NCBI GenBank assembly: GCA_963851265.1 | Contig: CAWKNZ010000006.1 | Coordinates: forward strand, 1 to 64,000 | DNA: 64,000 bases | Reading direction: 5' to 3' | Source of the DNA: an uncultured Gemmatimonadales bacterium | GTDB lineage: Bacteria > Gemmatimonadota > Gemmatimonadetes > Gemmatimonadales > Gemmatimonadaceae | Translations under genes and position numbers: made by a program | The notes under the pieces: model-generated | Database searches by the model: none | Seen by the model: only the letters and a program-made list of their open reading frames with translations | Told to the model about the DNA's origin: nothing | Part shown: positions 61,065 through 64,000 of the stretch, piece after piece | Position numbering within the stretch: position 1 is the first letter of the stretch | How the letters are laid out: each line of letters begins with the position of its first letter

Positions 61065-63131
61065 TCAGGTGTAAGCCAGCGACCGCGCGCGACGTTCGGC
61101 GGGCCGCGGCGGGGTGGACAGCGCGTCGAGGTGCGAAGCCGGCGCTGGTGCCTGCCGCACCGGAACGGTCGCACTGCAATCGCGCAGCCGGAACTCGCCC
61201 ACGACTTCCTGCAACCGCTCGGCCTGCGCCGAGAGCTCGGTCGCGGCAGAGGCGCTCTCCTCGGCGTTGGCCGCCGTCTCCTGCGTGCCGGCGTTCAGCT
61301 CGCCGACGGCCGTCGTGATCTGGCGGACGCCCGTCGTCTGCTGCTCCGCGGCTGCCGCGATCTCGGCGACGACCTCGGCCGTGCGCGCCACGCGGCGCGT
61401 CACGTCGTCGAACTCGGTGGCGACGCGTTGCCCGAGCGTCACGCCGCCGTTCACGCGTTGCACGCTGTCGTCGATCAGCGCCGCCGTCTCGCGCGCCGCC
61501 TGTGCGGAGCGTTGGGCCAGCGCGCGCACCTCTTCCGCGACCACCGCGAAGCCGCGCCCCGCGTCGCCCGCGCGAGCCGCCTCGACCGCGGCGTTGAGCG
61601 CGAGCAGGTTCGTCTGGAAGGCGATCTCGTCGATCGTCCGCACGATGCGCGCGGTCTGATCGGCGGCGGTCTTGATGTCGGTCAGCGCCGTCGCGAGCTC
61701 GCGCATCGTCGCGGCCCCGTTCTGGACGCCGACCTGCGTATCCGTCGAGAGCCCGCGCGCCTCCTGGGCGTTGGCCGACGTGCTCTCGGCCATCGAGGTG
61801 AGCTCGTGCACGCTCGCCGCGATCTCCTCAAGCGTCGCTGCCTGCCGCGACGCGCGCCCGGCGAGCGACTCGCTCCCGCCGGCGATCTGCGCGCCCGCGG
61901 CGCTCACCTGCTCGCTCGACGTGCTCACCTCCTCGAGGGCGGTCCCGAGTGCGGCGAGTGCCGAGTTGAGCGCGTCCTTGACGCGGGCGTGGTCGCCCGC
62001 GTACGCGCCTTCCACGCGCCCCGTGAGGTCGCGCGCGGCGAGGCGCTCGAGCACGGAGGTCGTCTCCTGCATCGGCGCCGTGACCGCGTCGAGCGTGGCG
62101 TTGAGCCCCTCGACCAGCCCGGCGAACGCGCCGCGGAACCGGCGCGCGTCGCCGCGCTTCGACAGGTCGCCGGCCGCCGCGGCGGCCGTCAACACCGTCG
62201 TTTCGGCGTGCAACCCGCGCACCGTGCCGCGCAGGTCGCGCATCGCGAGCCCGAGTTGGTCGTCGTCGCCGCGCACCACGACCTCCGAGTCGACGTCGCC
62301 CGCCGCGAGTGCGCCGGCCGAGGCCGCGAGCGCGCGCTGTGACGCGATCACCGTTCGGAAGGTGTCGGCGAGCTCGCCGATTTGGTCGCGCGCGTTGTAG
62401 GCGATGTCGACGTCCACCACGCCGCGTGCGACCTGCTCGGCGCCGCGTACGAGTTCCGCGAGTGGGCGCGTGATCCGGCGTACGGCGGCGACGCTCGCCA
62501 GGGCGGCGGCGGCGAACAGCACCGCCGTGACGAGCGCGAGGCGCTGCCGCTCGCGGGCGACCTCGACCGGCTCGGCCGCCGACACGGCAGCCGCACGCGC
62601 ACCCAGGTGCGTGTTGAGCTCCGTCAGCAGGTCATTCGGCGCGCGGTCGCGGCCCTTCACCATGCTGTCGGCGACGGACGGCTCGAGCCCGCGGCCGGCG
62701 ACGAACACCGTCAGCGCGGCGTCGTAATCCTGATCGAGCTTCGTCAGCGCCGTGCCGAACGCGTCCACGAGCCGCGTCGCCGCCGTATCGCCGGCGACGG
62801 CCGTGCGCAGCGAATCGGCGTAGAGGTGGACCGTCGCCCCCTCGGCGTGGAACGCGCCGACGTACTTCTCCCGCGCATCCGTCTTGGAGCCGCGCAGGAG
62901 CACGTTCTTCCATTCCTGCACCTGCGTCTTGAAGCGCAGCTGCGTCGTGGTGCCGATGCGGCGCGCGCGGATCGGCCCGTTGATGATCTGCGAGTACGCA
63001 GTGTCGAGCGCCGCCTGACGGGCGAGCAGGGTGGTCGTGAGGCCCGCGCCGATGGCGAGGCAGAGCCCGACGACGAGGTAGATCCGTCGGCTGACGGTGA
63101 GAGTCCACATGAAGCGCGAGAGGCGGGGCAT
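61065..63131 (-). CDS. Methyl-accepting chemotaxis protein
   Basis: Two TM segments, HAMP repeats, [20 protein letters not shown]. Confidence 0.93.
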   Translation of the reverse strand: MPRLSRFMWTLTVSRRIYLVVGLCLAIGAGLTTTLLARQAALDTAYSQIINGPIRARRIGTTTQLRFKTQVQEWKNVLLRGSKTDAREKYVGAFHAEGATVHLYADSLRTAVAGDTAATRLVDAFGTALTKLDQDYDAALTVFVAGRGLEPSVADSMVKGRDRAPNDLLTELNTHLGARAAAVSAAEPVEVARERQRLALVTAVLFAAAALASVAAVRRITRPLAELVRGAEQVARGVVDVDIAYNARDQIGELADTFRTVIASQRALAASAGALAAGDVDSEVVVRGDDDQLGLAMRDLRGTVRGLHAETTVLTAAAAAGDLSKRGDARRFRGAFAGLVEGLNATLDAVTAPMQETTSVLERLAARDLTGRVEGAYAGDHARVKDALNSALAALGTALEEVSTSSEQVSAAGAQIAGGSESLAGRASRQAATLEEIAASVHELTSMAESTSANAQEARGLSTDTQVGVQNGAATMRELATALTDIKTAADQTARIVRTIDEIAFQTNLLALNAAVEAARAGDAGRGFAVVAEEVRALAQRSAQAARETAALIDDSVQRVNGGVTLGQRVATEFDDVTRRVARTAEVVAEIAAAAEQQTTGVRQITTAVGELNAGTQETAANAEESASAATELSAQAERLQEVVGEFRLRDCSATVPVRQAPAPASHLDALSTPPRPAERRARSLAYT

Positions 63132-63320
63132 GACGCCGGCGCGGAAGGAGGAGTCGGCCGGCAGGCGGGATACGATCATCGACGATCGGCAGCCGTGGCC
63201 GGTCATGCGATGGTCGAGCGATACCTCCGCGGGTGCCGCGGGTGCGGCACCAATTCGCAACAGAACGCGCCACGGCGTCGACCTGGGGCCGCGTCCCGGC
63301 GGCGCCCAGGCGGCACCGGC

Positions 63321-63758
63321 TCACGGCATCTCGGCGAGCGTCCAGTACTTGTTGAGCGTCGCCATCAGGTCGCAGAAGTTGCTGAAGGTGACGGGCTTGA
63401 GCAGGTAGCCCGCGACGTTCAGGTGGTACGCCTCGATCCTGTCGCGGTCGTGGTTGCTCGTCGTCAGCACCACGACCGGCGTGTGCGCGAGCTGCGGGTC
63501 CTGGCGGAGCGCCCGCAGGAACTCGATGCCGTTCATGCGCGGCATGTTGAGGTCGAGCAGGATGAGCCGCCGCTGGCCCGAGACGCGCCCCGCGCGCAGC
63601 TGCTCGAGCGCTTCGAGTCCGTCGCCCGCCACGAACAGCGGGTTGGCGATGTTGTTCTTCTGAAATGCGCGGCGCACGTTCATCACGTCCACCTCGTCGT
63701 CCTCGACGAGAAGGATGTTCAGCACACGGTCGGCCGCGCTGAGGGGCGCGTAGCTCAT
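63321..63758 (-). CDS. Single-domain response regulator (Rcp1-like)
   Basis: ILLVEDD, LLDLNMPRMNG, VVLTTS, YLLKP. Confidence 0.9.
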   Translation of the reverse strand: MSYAPLSAADRVLNILLVEDDEVDVMNVRRAFQKNNIANPLFVAGDGLEALEQLRAGRVSGQRRLILLDLNMPRMNGIEFLRALRQDPQLAHTPVVVLTTSNHDRDRIEAYHLNVAGYLLKPVTFSNFCDLMATLNKYWTLAEMP

Positions 63759-63782
63759 CGGCAGCGGGCGGAGCGATCGAAC

Positions 63783-64000
63783 TCAGGCGGCCGCCGGCTC
63801 GGCCGGCGCGCCGCGGGCGACCCTGGGAATCGTGACGAAGAACGTGGTCCCCTCGCCCGGCGTTGACGTGAGCCACGCCCGCCCGCCGCGCGACTCCACG
63901 ATCTTCTTCACGACGGAGAGGCCGATGCCGGTGCCCTCCACCTTGTCGCGCGCCTGCAACGTCTGGAAGATCCCCCAGATGCGATCGTGATACTCGGGCG
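63783..64000 (-). CDS. Histidine kinase C-terminus (partial, runs off the window)
   Basis: [25 protein letters not shown]...[11 protein letters not shown]. Confidence 0.85.
   Translation of the reverse strand, partial: PEYHDRIWGIFQTLQARDKVEGTGIGLSVVKKIVESRGGRAWLTSTPGEGTTFFVTIPRVARGAPAEPAAA

Overview
Very GC-rich (roughly 75% by eye) bacterial accessory region, probably Gemmatimonadota-like (inference from small-protein types, PEP-CTERM proteins and a SARP/BTAD-TPR regulator). Bases 1-8 kb hold an integron: five minus-strand cassettes (including a BrnT/BrnA toxin-antitoxin pair and an apparently ORF-less cassette), attC sites, and a probable attI at the 3' end of intI. The intI gene is split at its catalytic H-x-x-R codons by a 2,095-bp large-serine-recombinase element. 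Precise excision would rebuild an intact intI, create a perfect 19-bp palindromic attP and give the recombinase a new stop codon. A further attC lies upstream of intI. The heptamer GTTAGGC/GCCTAAC, identical to the integron core site, occurs at least 28 times across the window, often inside genes. The remainder is a mosaic of signalling genes (RsbQ plus PAS kinase, LOV kinase, MHYT-GGDEF-EAL, MCP), a vanadium haloperoxidase, PEP-CTERM genes near a shared upstream motif, paoABC, dehydrogenases, a TonB receptor and many collapsed gene remnants. No rRNA, tRNA or CRISPR array was seen. All product calls come from motif recognition, not database searches.
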